From Dimargaris cristalligena (lineage: Eukaryota), in NCBI GenBank assembly GCA_003614675.1, contig ML002222.1, positions 1 to 64,000 of the forward strand: a stretch of 64,000 nucleotides of DNA. The letters are read 5' to 3'. The first letter of the stretch is position 1. Each line of letters begins with the position of its first letter. Both the position numbers and the translations under genes were made by a program. Of the stretch, positions 37,936 through 49,433 are shown one piece after another. Under the pieces are notes generated by a model. That model saw only the letters and a list, made by a program, of their open reading frames with translations. It did no database searches and was not told the DNA's origin.

Positions 37936-40900
37936 ATGCTCCAGGAAATCCCCGACCCTGCCGATCCAGCTGTGCCGACCAACAGTGTCGAAGAGCCCGC
38001 TACTACGCCGGACGACGCTGTCCAAAGCACCCCGGTAGAGGACGCCAAACAAAAAGCCATGGACGACTTCGATGCCCACACCAAACAGCAGCGCTTCCAG
38101 CGTCTCAATTACCTCCTGCAGAAGTCCACCGTGTACGCCAATTTTCTGGCCCAGAAGCTCGAGCAGCAACAGAAGGAGCAGCGCGAGCGGGAGCAAACCA
38201 CTGTCGCACCCGACTCCGCCACCGCCACGGCGGCTACTCCGGCCGAGACCCCCTCCGCCGAAGGCTCCCGCCGGCGTGGCCGTAAGCGGAAGGCGGGTAC
38301 CGAAACCACCTCGGGAACCAAGCCCGTCAAGGATAGCGACTATAAAATCACCGACTACATCTCAGCCTCCGACATCGCCCGCAGTAAGGCTAAACCGGCC
38401 GCTGGGGCGGGAGCCAAGGACGGCGAAGAGGTGACTCCGGCCGGGTCCGCCATGAACAATGCCAAGGCCAGTCCGTCCTCGCGCCAGCCCCGTCTAGTAA
38501 CGGGGGGTATCCTGCGGGAATACCAGCTCGCTGGCCTGGAGTGGATGGTATCGCTCTACGAAAATGGCCTCAACGGGATTCTGGCCGACGAAATGGGGCT
38601 GGGTAAAACCCTGCAGACCATCAGCTTCCTGGCCTTCTTGCGGGAGCGCCAGGTATGGGGCCCTTTTTTGATCGTGTGTCCCCTGTCCACCCTCGCCAAT
38701 TGGGTCAATGAATTCCAGCGCTTTGCGCCCGACGTGCCCGTGCTCATGTACTACGGCCTCCCCGAGGAACGTAGCCGCCTTCGCCGCAAGCACATGGCCA
38801 AGCTCAGCCCGACCTTCCCCGCCATCTGCACCACCTACGAACTCGTCATGAACGACCGCAAATACCTCTGCCGGTACCAGTGGAAATACATCATCATCGA
38901 CGAAGGCCACCGCATCAAGAACCTGGACTGCAAACTCATCCGCGAACTCAAAAACTACCATAGCGCCAACCGGATGCTGCTGACCGGCACTCCACTCCAG
39001 AACAATCTCAATGAGCTCTGGTCTCTGCTCAATTTCCTGCTCCCCGAGATCTTCGACGACCCCGACAGTTTCCAGAGCTGGTTTGATTTTACCGACATCA
39101 ATGAATCCAGTGGTCGGACCCGGATCGCTAGCGAGGAGGCCCAGCAGGGTATCGTATCTAAGCTCCACCATATCCTGCGCCCCTTCCTGTTGCGACGTCT
39201 CAAAACGGATGTGGAGAAGGATTTGCCCAAGAAGCGCGAATACGTTCTATACGCCCCGCTCACCCATCTCCAGCAGGTCTACTACCGGGTGATTCTCGAG
39301 GACAATTTACGCCAATTCCTTCAAGATAAAATGCAAACCAATGCCGTTGATATCAACGGTGAAGACGGTGATGATGACGTGACCGTGCGGGCTTCGTCCG
39401 TCGAAAAAAATGATACGGCGATAGCCGATGACAATTTGGAGGCCGAGACCCTCCCGTCAACCCCCAAGGCAAGGGGGGGCAACGCGGAAAAGGACAAGTC
39501 TAATAAAAGCCCCCCGGCTCGTTCTGAAGGCTCCGAGACGCCAACCGAAGGTGAACCCGCTTTGCGCCGGTCTAGTCGCCGTTTGCGGAGTGATCCGGGG
39601 AATATGATTATATCCGATGACGCTGACGACCACGAGTTTCTCGATTCCCTGGAGGCCCACCATGAAAGACTCGAAGCCCAACTGGCCAAATCCGCCCGAT
39701 CCAAGTTAGGCGCCAGTAATACGCCATTCTCTGGGCGACTTCGCGAATTAGGAGCCGGTGGCCTGCAAGCCCGCATGATGCAGCTCCGCAAATTATGCAA
39801 CCACCCCTACCTTTTCGACTACCCCGTCGACCCGGCCACCGGGGACATGGCCGTGAACGACCATCTCATCTTTTCGTCGGGTAAACTCATGCTCCTCGAC
39901 CGACTCCTGCCGCAACTCTTCGCCCGGGGTCACCGAGTTCTGGTGTTCTCCCAGTTTACGCGATCGTTGGACATTCTGGAGTCCTACGCCCGCGACCTGC
40001 GTGGGTGGGAATCGTGCCGTATCGACGGCAACGTCAAGCAAGAGGACCGGCGCGAGAGCATTTCCCGGTTCAACACCGATAAGTCCATTCCCCTGTTCTT
40101 CCTATCCACCCGGGCAGGGGGTTTGGGCATCAACTTGACGGCGGCTGATACTGTTATTCTGTTCGATAGTGATTGGAATCCCCAGATGGACTTGCAGGCC
40201 CAGGACCGTGTGCACCGTATTGGTCAGACAAAACCGGTTATCATTTACCGGCTGATCACGGCTAACTCGATCGAAAAGGCCATTCTTGACCGCGCCAACT
40301 CCAAACGGAAGCTGGAGAAACTGGTGATCCACAAACATAAATTCAAGGGACATGATTCCTTGGTAACCCCCTTAACCACCACCTCATTTTCGTCACCGGG
40401 GGCGACCTCGGTCAGTAAACTGGGGGCCTCCGAACTGGCCGAAATCTTAGCTGGTGACGAGCACGAAAAGGTCACCCTAAGTCCCCAGGTGTTCGATATC
40501 CTCAAACAGCTGGAACAGAAGGCCTATGCGGGGGGCAACGCCGAAATCATGGTTGGCGGGTATATGAAGGAGCTCGACACGGAGCAGACTGCCCCCGCCG
40601 AGCCGATGGCATCAGAAGAGGTCCCGGCTGATGCTACGTCCACCCGACGCAAGCGGATTAAGACTGAAGCGGATTCGACGGATACAGAGGTGGTGACTGG
40701 CCTTCCGAAGGAAATGGAAACCAAGGCCCAGATCAAGGTCGAGCCCGAGGAAGAAACTGTTGGTTTAGCAGGATCCGAAGCGACCTCCCCTACCAATGGT
40801 GAACCTACCACCACCACCACTACTCCCCTTCCCTTTGACCCAGCCACAGCATCGTCTCAGCAACTCTACGATTACTGCTTGTCCCAGATTCTGACGGATA

Positions 40901-41040
40901 CCGACCTGGCCCGTTTATTAGACCGGTCCGACGAGGCTTACGCTCGGCAAACCGAGAAGGATGTGGGCCAAGTGTTTGCTGCGGTGGACAGCGTACCCGA
41001 TACCAAAAACGATATGTTGGCGGCCCCGAAATCGGAATAG
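37936..41040 (+). CDS. HELLS: SNF2-family chromatin remodeler, HELLS/LSH/DDM1/Irc5 subfamily
   Basis: N-terminal RLNYLLQKSTVYANFL; QPRLVTGGILREYQ, NGILADEMGLGKTLQTI, IDEGHRIKN, RMLLTGTPLQNNL, QLRKLCNHPYLF, DSDWNPQMDLQAQDRVHRIGQTKPV, KRKLEKLVIHKHKFK. Confidence 0.93.
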   Translation: MLQEIPDPADPAVPTNSVEEPATTPDDAVQSTPVEDAKQKAMDDFDAHTKQQRFQRLNYLLQKSTVYANFLAQKLEQQQKEQREREQTTVAPDSATATAATPAETPSAEGSRRRGRKRKAGTETTSGTKPVKDSDYKITDYISASDIARSKAKPAAGAGAKDGEEVTPAGSAMNNAKASPSSRQPRLVTGGILREYQLAGLEWMVSLYENGLNGILADEMGLGKTLQTISFLAFLRERQVWGPFLIVCPLSTLANWVNEFQRFAPDVPVLMYYGLPEERSRLRRKHMAKLSPTFPAICTTYELVMNDRKYLCRYQWKYIIIDEGHRIKNLDCKLIRELKNYHSANRMLLTGTPLQNNLNELWSLLNFLLPEIFDDPDSFQSWFDFTDINESSGRTRIASEEAQQGIVSKLHHILRPFLLRRLKTDVEKDLPKKREYVLYAPLTHLQQVYYRVILEDNLRQFLQDKMQTNAVDINGEDGDDDVTVRASSVEKNDTAIADDNLEAETLPSTPKARGGNAEKDKSNKSPPARSEGSETPTEGEPALRRSSRRLRSDPGNMIISDDADDHEFLDSLEAHHERLEAQLAKSARSKLGASNTPFSGRLRELGAGGLQARMMQLRKLCNHPYLFDYPVDPATGDMAVNDHLIFSSGKLMLLDRLLPQLFARGHRVLVFSQFTRSLDILESYARDLRGWESCRIDGNVKQEDRRESISRFNTDKSIPLFFLSTRAGGLGINLTAADTVILFDSDWNPQMDLQAQDRVHRIGQTKPVIIYRLITANSIEKAILDRANSKRKLEKLVIHKHKFKGHDSLVTPLTTTSFSSPGATSVSKLGASELAEILAGDEHEKVTLSPQVFDILKQLEQKAYAGGNAEIMVGGYMKELDTEQTAPAEPMASEEVPADATSTRRKRIKTEADSTDTEVVTGLPKEMETKAQIKVEPEEETVGLAGSEATSPTNGEPTTTTTTPLPFDPATASSQQLYDYCLSQILTDTDLARLLDRSDEAYARQTEKDVGQVFAAVDSVPDTKNDMLAAPKSE

Positions 41041-41946
41041 CATGTGTCTGACATATATATTCGTCCAATTTACCGGGATTCTTTTACCCCCTCTCCTTAG
41101 CATATATATCATGGGTTTAGTTTCGACTGGATAAAGGATGTTGTGGCTAATGGTTTCATTATATTCACGCTTTATTAGTTTTCGGTAGTTGTTTTTCGCT
41201 TGTTACTTGATCGTGTGATGCTTCGTCCTCGATTAGGATTGTTTCCCGGGGAATGCCATTTTTCGATCAACTTAGGTGTGGTGTATGAGGGAAGGTCGTA
41301 TTTATTTATTTAGTTTGCAGTTGTTGAACCGCCCAACCTATATTTGGCATTCCCCGGGCAGCTTTAGTTCGACGAAGGGTGGCAGGCATTTTTGTTTAGA
41401 TTTAGTCAGTGGCTTTTCACAATTTGATATGATACTTGGTTATAATGGCATTTTTATTATTATTATTAAAGGAAGGAATCATTTTACATGAATTGGGCCT
41501 GACCGATGACGAAACTAGTTTTGTAGTTGATAGTTTTATATGGTTGGGGCGGGTTTGCGTTTAAAACCGAGTTGGCTGAGGTGTCACTAGGAAGGCCTAG
41601 CCTAGCTACTTCTCTCCTTCTACTATCGGGAAATTAGAGGGCTGGCTATTATCCCATTCTTATAACGAATGGTCCAAGTATTATTTTCTCCTTTTGCTGG
41701 AAAGTCCTGCATTGTGCTAATCCATAGACCCAATACTAACCCCTTGTTCTAGTCTTGTATCTTATTCAATTTGCAATTTGCTCCGCTTTACCGTCCATTC
41801 CCTAACCGAATCCGTGTTTTGGCATTGTTGTTATTATTGGTATTATTGTTTTACTTTTCCGATTGGTTACTTCGGACTTTATAATATAAGATACCCGAGC
41901 CCCTTCCTCCCTCTTCCCTTTCCTATAGTCTCTCCTTTGCACTACC

Positions 41947-42433
41947 ATGTCCTGGCAAAAAGGTCTTGCTTACAGTCTAGGTATCATTGGCGGAGGGTAC
42001 CTGTTGATGCGCTATACCACGCCCACACCGGACCAGCTTTATAATGTAAGTTGAGACAGCTACAACAGCCCTTGACTAAGAAGGCACTTCCTCCCCCCCA
42101 CCCTATCCCTTCTGTACCCCCCCCCCTCATTCTCTTCCGACGGAGTCCACACCCAACATTATGAGCATTTGAAGACCAGCCTTCCATTCCGAAATGTAGT
42201 TATCCGCATGCTGGCTATCCAATTGTGAAACAAAGTCTTGTGTCGCCCCCACCACCTAGGCTCGGGCCGTCTCTCTCTCTCTCTCTCTCTCTCTTCATTG
42301 GGCAGCATGCGGCGCTGGTCTTTGAGTATAGTACCTTGGTAACTCTCGTGCCGAACTGTACTCCCAATATTCTGCCCCAGCTGTGTCATTTAGCCATCCC
42401 TCCCTATTTTCTAACAACCCAATTTTACTTCTC

Positions 42434-42472
<39 letters not shown>

Positions 42473-42654
42473 GGCGGATTTAGGCACTGTCCCCCGAATT
42501 AAAAGAAGAAGCCGATAAACGACGAAAAGACCAGGCCCACGAACAGGCTGAGCTCATGCAGCTATTACGTCGGAATATGGCTGCCGACCAACCCGTTTGG
42601 AAAGTCCAGCCGCCCCACCCGGAATCCAAAAATGACCCACCCGCGAATAAATAA
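41947..42654 (+). CDS. CBP4: Cytochrome bc1 assembly factor Cbp4 (2 exons)
   Basis: Exons 41947-42045 and 42484-42654: MSWQKGLAYSLGIIGGGYLLMRYTTPTPDQLYNALSPELKEEADKRRK...MAADQPVWKV; matches the GG-x-L-x-x-YTTP-x-x-QL...SPELK and PxW pattern. Confidence 0.88.
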
Positions 42655-43337
42655 ATGGTCTTTCACTTGCTCCAACTCTTCCTACTTGTGCCATTATCAA
42701 TAGCCTGTGCCTTAATCCCCCCCCCTTGGCCATGACACATACACACACACACTTTCTAAGATGAAAATGCTAACATTGTTGGGCCGCGGTTTCCTGTTCA
42801 TAAAATGGTACAATAAAAGAGTATCCGCCGTAGTCCCCTTAAGCCGGTCATTTCGGTGTGGCACCGGGTTCCACTTGCGTACTTGCATGGGGGCCTTTCG
42901 TTCTCGGCAGGGCTTACACCGTGAATGCGAGTGTATTAGCGGTTGCGTATTCTTTAAGCTGACCACCAAGTTGTATAGATACTAGTATGTAGCGCTTCAG
43001 CGGCTTTGCAATTTTATTTTGTACAAATACATACAATATAATGGCTTGGTTTGGTTTATGTTTCTATGCAAACATTATGTCTATAGCCTGCAAAAAAAAC
43101 AGCGACCGGGTGAAAGAGGGGGCTGTGGTGGACGGGTGGGGGGTCCGATACTAGGAGCGAGCGTCAGTTGTCCCGAATTTTGGGGCCTGCTGCCATGTAC
43201 TATTTTTTCCCTAACTACGTGTACAGCTCTTTTGTCCTATTTTGGGAATTATACGCCAATTTTGGCTCAATTGGCCACGGCTCCTACTGCAAATGTGCAC
43301 GAACCCCCCCAAAAGAGGGACAGTGCGTGTATTGGTT

Positions 43338-43643
43338 AGTGGTGTCGCCTAAAGTGAGAATAGCCGTAGTTGGGACATTGGCTGTACTATACTAGTCCAG
43401 GTGGCTCTAGGTACCCCAAGCGAATGGACAATTAGAGAGTGGTGTCGCCTAAAGTGAGAATAACCGTAGTTGGGACATTGGCTGTACTATACTAGTCCAG
43501 GTGGCTCTAGGTACCCCAAGCGAATGGACAATTAGAGAGTGGTGTCGCCTAAAGTGAGAATAGCCGTAGTTGGGACATTGGCTGTACTATACTAGTCCAG
43601 GTGGCTCTAGGTACCCCAAGCGAATGGACAATTAGAGAGTGGT
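43338..43643. repeat. Tandem repeat, 3 x 100 bp
   Basis: GGTGTCGCCTAAAGTGAGAA... starts at 43341, 43441 and 43541; one G/A difference in copy 2. Confidence 0.95.
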
Positions 43644-44630
43644 AGGCGCGAGGGAGGGAATGCTGGAGGTGGGAGGGAGGGGGGATACTAAGCTAGCGGG
43701 AAGTGGTTTACTGCCGGCGGCGGATAAACGGTCGGGAAAGAGAAAGTTCTGAGATGTACCGGAGTGCTAAACTAATATACATGGCCAAATCGAGTCGATT
43801 AAAGACATCGATACCGCGGTGGTATACGGCTTCCGGTTGATTCGAATGGATTCGAGGCAAGAGACATTCCTCCCAACTACACCTGCAGTATTTCTCGAAT
43901 TCCCAAATAGGCACCCTAGTTTTTGCTCCATACCCTTCTGTAGTAGTTTCTGTTTTTGTTGCCTTAGTTGGTCTGTATATCGCCCTTGGGCTTACGATTC
44001 TACTACCCCCTATCCCTTGTAGAAGTACGACCAAAGCGAATGTGGTACCCCGAACCTTTTTCCTGTCCATCCGGGAATATCTTGGTGTAGCCCATAGTTG
44101 GTACGGATTAGCGCAAAAATAAATAAGTACACGAAAAGAAGCACGAGTCCGTCCATCGTCTCATTTCGGCTTTTACCCCTGCCACCGCTCTCTCTTTAGG
44201 TCGCACCGGAGTAATTCTACTATTAATTTAATTGGTGCAGTTCCCCGTTGCCTGCGTGGTCAAAGACAGTAGGAGTAGCCCCGTCCTAGGCTCCAACAAC
44301 AGCTCGCCTGCGCGATATACCTGTGAACAGATGCCAAGCCCTAATCGAAAAAAGTAGCCGAGGCTGAGTAGGCGAATGCCATTTACCCTTGGACCATCGG
44401 GTCACTAGGCAGCAACGGATGCTAAGTTCGAATGGGGGAATCCTTGCGCATTCTGGTTATCCAAAAATAGACAGGCGCATGCTACTGCCTCCGAAAGGCC
44501 CCAAGATATAATCGCTTAGATTTTAACGCGTATGGGGAAAGTGTGCTAGATGTATCCATCGCATAGTAGGCAAAATGCAAAGGTAAAATTACTTCCCTCC
44601 CCTCCCCACTCAGCCACCCCGTTCTTTTCT

Positions 44631-44638
44631 TATAAATA
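44631..44638 (+). promoter_or_regulatory. TATA box of secreted peptide gene A
   Basis: TATAAATA ~140 bp upstream of ATG 44779; the same motif occurs upstream of paralog C. Confidence 0.6.
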
Positions 44639-44778
44639 CCGAACTATTCGCCTTCCTTTCGGTTCTCATTATCCCAGCTTCACTTCCCGCTCTCTCACAC
44701 TCGCTCACTAAAGCCAGCCCAACTTGAACTCACCAACTTTCTCGCCCCCCCCTCCTCCTCCTCCTCCGGTATTTCACC

Positions 44779-45141
44779 ATGAAGCTCCTGGCCGCCCTTG
44801 CCCTTGTCCTGGCCACCATCGGCACCCTGAACGTGGCTCACGCTAACCCTGCCACCACTGAGGACCAGGCCGGCCACCAAACTCATCTGCAGAAGCGCTT
44901 CTTCCGCTCCAATGCGGCCAGATTGGGTGGTATGGTTGCCGGCGGCGTCGTGGGCTCAGTGGTTGGCCCCGTCGGTACTGTTGTCGGTGTGGGCGCTGGC
45001 CTGTATGCCACCAACAAGGCTATCAAGCATCGCCGTGAGAAGAAACAACGCAAAAAAGATGAAAAGATCGCAAAGAAGGCCGCCGAAAAGACCGCGAAGG
45101 AGGCCGAGAAGGCCGCGAAGAAGGCTGCCGAAAAAAAGTAA
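44779..45141 (+). CDS. Secreted prepropeptide A: signal + pro-region (LQKR) + glycine zipper + Lys/Ala/Glu-rich cationic tail
   Basis: MKLLAALALVLATIGTLNVAHA | NPATTEDQAGHQTHLQKR | FFRSNAARLGGMVAGGVVGSVVGPVGTVVGVGAGLYATNKAIKHRREKKQRKK...; biased codons, CACCATG start context. Confidence 0.88.
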   Translation: MKLLAALALVLATIGTLNVAHANPATTEDQAGHQTHLQKRFFRSNAARLGGMVAGGVVGSVVGPVGTVVGVGAGLYATNKAIKHRREKKQRKKDEKIAKKAAEKTAKEAEKAAKKAAEKK

Positions 45142-46827
45142 AATCCCGGTCCGGTATACCCCATAAATCAAGCTACCTACCAAATTATGCCATGGTTTCG
45201 TCCAATTGGCTATATTATTTCTTGATGCCTAGTAGTGCCATTCTATATTCCATGACATGCCTTTCTTTTGTAAAATTTTCGACTATGGATACTATTAGTG
45301 TTCCGCTCTTTTGAGCAATTCACCTCAGCACGAAGTTCAGCCCTGTATATTCCCCGATTTTCAGTTAGATTAAATAAAAATTGCGGCAGTTATTGTCGCT
45401 TTCGAAATCATTAAATATACGCCTAGCGTGTACCAATTTTATTTTGCTTGTTGAGTATAGCCAGCCTTTGATGTAGTGAACCTGGCTTGCTAAAATATAA
45501 CATATCCCTCGGAGCAAACTATCAGTACGAAGGTAGCATTGGTATAGGATGAACACAATGTGGCTGTCAGCGAATCCATTGGAGTTGTATTGTGTCGTTT
45601 GTGATTGCTGTCATATGCCCCATCCATAAGTCCGTAGCCGTATAGTCCAGAAACATAGTCAGTTCTGGCGATAATGGCCCATATTTACTGCAATTGATCG
45701 GATTTCTTGGTGGGTGCTCTTATATGTACGGTACTATTATATTCTGCACTGCTCAGCTACTCGAGGGCAGTACCAGAATCAGCTGAATAGATGCTAATAG
45801 GCATGGGATCTCCCTCTTTCAACTGTAGTTTGTTGACAATGGGGGAGAAGTGGTGCCACACGCACACATACATATATATATCTATATATTACTGCTAAGG
45901 CGCAAATTACTAACAAGATGTGGGTGAAGCAATGCAGGGATGTAGGCCAGTGGTTCCAAGAGGTAGTGTAACAGGAAATTATTAGGGACCCTGGATAACC
46001 AAACAGGGGTTGTTCGCATCACTTCAGAGACTGCCAATAATCACTAGGTAGCCCATCTAGCAATTGCCCCATCGGGAATCACATATCTACCAACATACCC
46101 AGGACTCGGGATTTATTAGTGGGGTTATGGCATGTGTCAGTATTAAACTAGAATGCCTTATTTCATGAAAAATTATGGACACTCATTGTCCCCCATCCTT
46201 TCTCACCCCCATAATATACTGTGTTTTGACTCCTTGATTACCAAAGGTCTTCTGCCCCTCTCAAATTAGTATTATTTTCAGTACTATTGTATATACATAG
46301 GTCCAACTACATCACATACCTTTATCGATATTCCTTCTCACTACCGCATATGGGCCCCAGCCGTATTTTCCGATGCTCTTGAGCACATCCAACACTTGTC
46401 GTCACTTTTGTACTCGACTCACAGCTTCCTCGTGGTCACCTACTAGTTGCTGGGTTGATATAGCTGTGACAGTGCCAAGCTTTTACTAAATGGCCCATTA
46501 TTTCTGAGCTACATCAGCCAGCTACTCTACAGCAAGTGCAACTGTAATTTACTGAACAATATTTATGCAACCACCTATTTAACGATTCTACCTCAAGTTT
46601 ACTTTTTAAACATAATTTGTTTGTAATTACTTCAATCATCCCTTATTATATATTTGCAAGTCCGCAACCTACATATAAGAGTCAATGGTTCACTTTTATG
46701 GAGCGACCTAGTTTTGGAATGGTGGACCAAGGCAAACTTTTCTAATCTTTTCATTTCCCCACTCAATAATTGATGGTCATACTGGATTTCCTTATGCCAA
46801 CCTGTTGGCAAGCCCCTATTTACATAT

Positions 46828-46963
46828 GGGTGAAATTCGGCCCAGCTATATAAGGGTTTACATTATACGTGTATGGGAAAATATATGGGAAATGTATTGT
46901 TAACTAGTAATATTGGCTGAATCTAATGGATTTTTCGTTATACAGCTTGGATGAACTTCTCCC
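46828..46963. mobile_element. MITE copy 4 (136 bp)
   Basis: GGGTGAAATTCGGCCCAGCTATATAA...TTATACAGCTTGGATGAACTTCTCCC; ATAT flanks. Confidence 0.82.
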
Positions 46964-48000
46964 ATATTAACTTCTCACTCAATAGGATCAATTCTAGAAT
47001 AGATCCTGGGTGGGTGGTGGCCATCCTAACTACATGCTCCTTTACCTCGTAAGTACAGCACCGACAATAGACCTGGTATTTTATCTTGAATATAAAATAC
47101 ATGCTACATTTTTTGTTGTATGGCTATCTGCCTAGATTCTAGAATATCCACTGCACCACTTTTATAGAGCCATTTTCAAGAGCCCTAGGTTACTAGGGTA
47201 ACCACTTCCCCTTATGCTATACTATGTTTGGTGATTTTTCCTTAGATCACCGATTTTACCCACATTGTGTCAACACCTAAAGTATAGCAGTCGGTTCCAC
47301 AAGGTAGCCTCATTATACAAAATTTCTAATGGTTAATATTTTTCGACTAAGGGCAAAATAAGCTATATTCAATCTTGTGGGTATTATTATTTACCTGCTG
47401 GTAGGTCACTGGGAATCTAATGCTTGGGCCATTCACGCTACACCCTGGCATACCCTTTATGAACTTTTCCTCCTGGTTATATATCTAGTTTTGTGCTTTC
47501 ATAGCTAACAAAAGAGAAAACAGATTAAACTGCTTATGCCTGGGCTAACATTTACTCTATTGTCAATGATATGATCTAACAATTGACCTATGTATTCGAA
47601 TGCTCATGTAAAAGGTGTCCCATTTGGACCCATTCTGGGACATCACAATTCTCGAATAGAATATCTAATGTACTAGTTTAGAAATCCAGCCCAAATTTTA
47701 TAGTGTTTTAGGTATACAAATCAAATAATACATCTTCCGACATTGTACTGCGAAGCATGAACCATAGATAATAACTAGCCAGGAGGAGCGATTATTTAAC
47801 CAAGGCGGCCTTATATATATGTATATATAAATATGTATGAAATCAACCAATCTAATATTTACAAAGAGTGCCAACAGGGAAACGGGGGTATTGCTGCTAA
47901 CTGAAGACGACAACGGGGCTATTCGGGAATAAATAGTGGCGATTGTTAACCAAGCGAAGTGAATGTACCGTACAGTGATCCCACCTCTGTCGGCCAAGCC

Positions 48001-48254
48001 TTAATAATAACGGTGTTTGAACTTGCTAATCGTAGGGAGACGACTGGGTTTGAAGGCATCACCCCGGCCGCCGAAGTTTAAATATTTAAAGGGATTTAAA
48101 GAAAACGGACGGGGTCTGGGCGAGCGCTTCTGCAGATGGGGTTGCTGGCCGGCTCGGTCTTCGGTGGTGGTAGGGCTAGCGTGGACCATGGTCACGGTGC
48201 CGAGGGTGGCCAGGACGAGGGTGAGAGGGCTTGGGAGGAGAATGGTAGCTTCAT
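48001..48254 (-). pseudogene. Secreted prepropeptide B, frameshifted in the signal peptide
   Basis: CACCATGAAG at 48254 is out of frame with LTLVLATLGTVTMVHASPTTTEDRAGQQPHLQKR|SPRPRPFSLNPFKYLNFGGRGDAFKPSRLPTISKFKHRYY*; homologous to A and C. Confidence 0.7.
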
Positions 48255-49297
48255 GGTGGGGCGGACGAGGAAGGTCACGGGAAGGGAGGACGAGTAACGT
48301 ACGGGCTATTCGGCCAGTTAGGGTATATAATACAAGTTTCAAAGAACCATAAAGCTACGGCGAATGGTGGGATAAAGCGGGAAGGTAGGGACGGCTTGGG
48401 TCAGAGAGGGGGGCAAAATGAGGGATATTTAAAGGGAAAAGGGACGCCATATTAGATGAATCTGGGCAACGAAAGAGGGTCACATGGCCATCTTTCTGGT
48501 CCAATGCTCGCTTCTTCCGCCCAACCTATAGACTCCCACACACCCTTTGTTCAAACAGATAGTTTACCTGCCACCCATTCCAAGGGTTATAGAGTCTTCG
48601 AAACTATCCAACCTATGGTAAACAATGTGGTCTTTAGAGTCGGGATATAAAGCCTTTTCGGATACCAAAGGTTCCTTGTATTCATGAAGTCCTTTCGAAC
48701 ATTCGATTAACACGAGAATGATTTGGTATCATTTCAAGGGAGTCGGGATGGTAAATCCTTAGCAAAGACCCTGCGCTTTAAAATGCGGGTATCGAGGCCA
48801 TGGTCTGCTTTGGGAAGGACCTGACATGACAAAGAATGCGAGGTTCCTCGGCCCTCGTGTCTCCCATCCGTACGCCGGTTCAAAGAGAGAAAATGGAAGA
48901 ATTTTTAAAAAAAAGTCGTAGAGGAAGGGGGGGGATTGGGACTCTTACCCCGTAGAACAAAGGGGGGAGGGAGTTGTCCGATTTGTTCGTTTACCAAGGA
49001 GTGTCCAATTGGGCAAGTAATTATTTATGGTTGTATCCTCTCTTCCCCACTTGCTTTTGTGTATCCATTATTTCAACGGACTAAATGTGAGAAAAACTAG
49101 GTCTGTAGGAGATACTCCGATACAGGGCAATGCCCCCCCTCCCGCACTCTTAAAAATCCTTTTTGAATGAAGTATAGAGTCACATTTCAAGTCTATCCTG
49201 GTCGCCCATACTCGTTGTCGGCGGATGCTCTAGGCTATAACCGCGTTGGACCGCCTTTAAACCGACTTTCATACCACTGTAGATCTTCTATTTATAT

Positions 49298-49433
49298 GGA
49301 TGAAATTCAAACCAGCTGTATAAGGTTTTACATAATACGTGTATGGGCGAATATATGTGAGAAAAGCTTTTAACCAGTAATATTGGCCTCACCCAATGGA
49401 TTTTTCATTATACAGCCTGAATGAACATCTCCC
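49298..49433. mobile_element. MITE copy 5 (136 bp)
   Basis: GGATGAAATTCAAACCAGCTGTATAA...TTATACAGCCTGAATGAACATCTCCC; ATAT flanks. Confidence 0.82.

Noticed and set aside
43338..43643. CRISPR-like array
   Set aside because: Whole 100-bp units are repeated with no unique spacers; eukaryotic context and no cas genes.
43708..44070. 120-aa ATG ORF on the minus strand
   Set aside because: No recognisable domain or codon bias; cannot be supported as a gene.
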